Shown: positions 60,504 to 64,000 of the stretch, one piece after another | Layout: the number at the start of each line of letters is the position of its first letter | Numbering within the stretch: position 1 is the first letter of the stretch | From: Clostridia bacterium | Lineage (GTDB): Bacteria; Bacillota; Clostridia; Christensenellales; CAG-917 | Length of the DNA stretch: 64,000 nt | Reading direction: 5' to 3' | Assembly (NCBI GenBank): GCA_045613765.1 | Contig: JAZLBO010000018.1 | Location: forward strand, 23,587 to 87,586 | The notes under the pieces: model-generated | The model's input: the letters and a program-made list of their open reading frames with translations, nothing else | What the model was told of the DNA's origin: nothing | The model's database searches: none | Position numbers and translations under genes: made by a program

Positions 60504-63083
60504 TTATTCTGCGATTTGTTCAGTATTTTCTGCAACTGCAACTTCTGTTTCTTCGCCTTGGTTTTCTTTGACGATAACATTGCCGTCTTCGTCATATTCA
60601 ACTTCGGGTGCTTCTTCTTCGTAGGGTGCAAGTGCCACTGAAACAACGGTTGCCTTATCGTTCTTAAGACGCATAATTCTCACGCCTTGTGTTGTTCTAC
60701 CGATACGGCTGATTTCGTCTGCGTGGACACGGATGACGATGCCGTTGTCTGTGATCATCATGACGTCTGCGTTGTCGTCGAGAACCTTCAAGTTGACAAG
60801 GTCGCCTGTCTTATCGTTGAAGACACCTGCCTTGACGCCCTTACCTGCTCTGCCTTGGAGAGGATATTCTGTGACAGAACTTCTCTTGCCGTAGCCTTGT
60901 GAGGTGATTGTCAAGATTTCGCTATTTTCGTGGACGACTGCAAGGTCAACCATATAAGCACCTTCTGCAAGACGCATTGACTTGACGCCCATTGCTGTTC
61001 TACCAACAAGACGGACTGTGTTTTCATTGAAACGGATGCAGTAGCCTTCGCTTGATGCCATGATGAGTTCATCATTGCCTGTTGTGAGAACTGCTTCAAT
61101 GAGTTCGTCGTCTTCATTGAACTTGATTGCGATCTTGCCGTTGCGCTTGACTGATTCAAATTCTGTCAATGCAGTACGCTTGATAAGACCTTGTTTTGTT
61201 GCAAGGATAAGGTTGAAACCTTCCTTTTCTTCGGGCAAACGAAGGATTGCTTGCACCTTTTCGCCGGGAACGAGTTGGAGAAGGTTGACCATTGCTCTGC
61301 CACGTGCAGTCTTTGATGCTTCGGGGATTTCCCAACCCTTCAAGACAAATGCTTTTCCAAGGTTTGTGAAGAACATCAAGTCTTGGTGTGTATGTGCGAT
61401 AAAGAGTTTTTCAACAAAGTCGTCATCTTTTGCCTTGTGGCCTGTGATACCAACGCCACCACGGTGTTGTGAGTGATATTCGCTCACTGCTTGACGCTTG
61501 ATGTATCCACCGTGTGTCATGCTGACAACGATATCTTCTTGTTCGATAAGGTCACCGATATCCAATTCAGAGTAGTCATAACTGAGTTCTGAAAGTCTGG
61601 GTGTTGCAAATCTTTGTTTGATTTCAAGCATTTCATCAACAATAATTTGGTCGATTGCCTCTGTTGATGCAAGGATACGGTTGTATTCTTGGATTTCTGC
61701 GTGCTTTTGTTCAAGTTCTTCCTTGATTTTCTCCACTTCAAGCCCTGTAAGACGTTGCAAACGCATTTCAAGGATTGATACGGCTTGGACTTCGTCAAGG
61801 GCAAAGCGTGCTGTTAAATTGGCTATTGCGCCTTGTCTATCGGGGCTCTTTTTGAGAAGTTCAACAACTTCATCAATGTTGGCAAGTGCCACTGCAAGAC
61901 CTTCAAGGATGTGTGCTCTTTCTTGTGCTTTTTCAAGGTCAAACTTGGTGCGACGTGTGATGACGTCTTCTTGGTGCACGATATAATTTTCAAGGATTTC
62001 CTTAAGGTTGAGGATCTTAGGAACACCATCAACGAGTGCAAGAAGAATCATTGAATTGTTGACTTGAAGTTGTGTTTGCTTGAAGAGTGTATTAAGGACA
62101 ACTTGTGCATTGTAGTCCTTCTTTGTTTCAACGACGATACGCATACCGTGACGGTCTGTTTCTTCGCTGATGTCTGCAATACCTTCAATCTTCTTATCTT
62201 TGACTTGATCTGCAATATTTTCAATAAGTCTTGCTTTGTTTACTTGATAAGGGATTTCTGTGATGATGATCTTGCTTCTGCCATTGGGGAGTTCTTCGAT
62301 TTCTGTCTTTGCGCGAAGAACTGCAGAGCCCTTACCTGTGCGATATGCTTGCTTGATTGCTGCTCTACCAAGGATAAGTGCGCCAGTGGGATAGTCAGGA
62401 GCAGGGATATATTCCATAAGATCGTCAACTGACAGTTCGGGATTTTGGATGAGAGCAACTGTTGCATCAATAACTTCGCCCATATTGTGAGGAGGAATTG
62501 ATGTTGCCATACCAACTGCGATACCGTCAGAGCCGTTTACGAGAAGGTTGGGGAATCTTGAAGGAAGAACAACGGGTTGTTCACGTGTGTCATCAAAGTT
62601 GGGATAGAGATCAACAGTCTTTTTGTCGATATCTCTAATCATTTCAAGAGCAACTTTGCTGAGTCTTGCTTCGGTATAACGATATGCTGCAGCAGGATCG
62701 CCGTCAACTGAGCCGAAGTTTCCGTGGCCTTCAACAAGGGGACATCTAATTGAGAAGTCTTGTGCAAGACGTACCATTGCATCATAGACTGAACTATCGC
62801 CGTGGGGGTGGTATTTACCAAGCACTTCACCGACGACCATAGCGCTCTTTCTAAAGGGCTTGTCGGGGGTAAGGCCAAGTTCGTTCATAGCATAGAGAAT
62901 TCTACGATGAACAGGTTTCAAACCGTCACGGACATCAGGAATTGCACGTGATACGTTGACTGCCATTGCATAACTGATAAATGACTTTTTCAGTTCTTGT
63001 TGGACTTCAAGATTGACTATCTTGCTATCATTCAAATGTTCTACGTATTCTGTATTCTTAAAATCATTAATTTTGATTGCCAT
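60504..63083 (-). CDS. gyrA: DNA gyrase subunit A
   Basis: [30 protein letters not shown], GyrA-box QHRGGVG. Confidence 0.98.
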   Translation of the reverse strand: MAIKINDFKNTEYVEHLNDSKIVNLEVQQELKKSFISYAMAVNVSRAIPDVRDGLKPVHRRILYAMNELGLTPDKPFRKSAMVVGEVLGKYHPHGDSSVYDAMVRLAQDFSIRCPLVEGHGNFGSVDGDPAAAYRYTEARLSKVALEMIRDIDKKTVDLYPNFDDTREQPVVLPSRFPNLLVNGSDGIAVGMATSIPPHNMGEVIDATVALIQNPELSVDDLMEYIPAPDYPTGALILGRAAIKQAYRTGKGSAVLRAKTEIEELPNGRSKIIITEIPYQVNKARLIENIADQVKDKKIEGIADISEETDRHGMRIVVETKKDYNAQVVLNTLFKQTQLQVNNSMILLALVDGVPKILNLKEILENYIVHQEDVITRRTKFDLEKAQERAHILEGLAVALANIDEVVELLKKSPDRQGAIANLTARFALDEVQAVSILEMRLQRLTGLEVEKIKEELEQKHAEIQEYNRILASTEAIDQIIVDEMLEIKQRFATPRLSELSYDYSELDIGDLIEQEDIVVSMTHGGYIKRQAVSEYHSQHRGGVGITGHKAKDDDFVEKLFIAHTHQDLMFFTNLGKAFVLKGWEIPEASKTARGRAMVNLLQLVPGEKVQAILRLPEEKEGFNLILATKQGLIKRTALTEFESVKRNGKIAIKFNEDDELIEAVLTTGNDELIMASSEGYCIRFNENTVRLVGRTAMGVKSMRLAEGAYMVDLAVVHENSEILTITSQGYGKRSSVTEYPLQGRAGKGVKAGVFNDKTGDLVNLKVLDDNADVMMITDNGIVIRVHADEISRIGRTTQGVRIMRLKNDKATVVSVALAPYEEEAPEVEYDEDGNVIVKENQGEETEVAVAENTEQIAE

Positions 63084-63095
63084 AGTATCTCCTCC

Positions 63096-64000
<905 letters not shown>

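Overview
Mostly core-genome DNA from a Clostridia-like (Bacillota) bacterium, with most housekeeping genes on the minus strand. These include secA (partial), comF, recD2, metK, rpoC, rpoB, aspS-asnA-asnS, glmM, the rpmH-rnpA-yidD-yidC-jag-mnmE-mnmG operon, argS, ychF, a GH13 alpha-glucosidase and gyrA/gyrB (partial). Plus-strand genes include ispDF, gdhA, a SCIFF ranthipeptide locus, rubrerythrin, ung, trxB, a GPH sugar transporter and uppP. A stand-alone tRNA-Ala/tRNA-Ile pair is present. I found no integrase, transposase, cas gene or prophage. The unusual material lies in three repeat-rich intergenic hubs (15.4-15.9, 29.2-29.8 and 42.9-44.2 kb) that share parts: (i) ~20-nt-period arrays of variable mini-hairpins with a fixed CCACAATG end; (ii) two identical 100-bp copies of the tRNA-Ile 3' end carrying a 58-nt T-loop insertion; (iii) a ~115-125-nt structured element in four full copies plus one partial; (iv) GTAG-type REPs; and (v) a candidate C-rich sRNA with its own promoter and terminator. 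Also notable are a translationally coupled pair of distantly paralogous membrane proteins (one with a 12-Cys metallothionein-like tail), an ~80-aa insertion in RpoC and a rearranged origin-region gene order. All calls come from reading the sequence by eye; no database searches were run.
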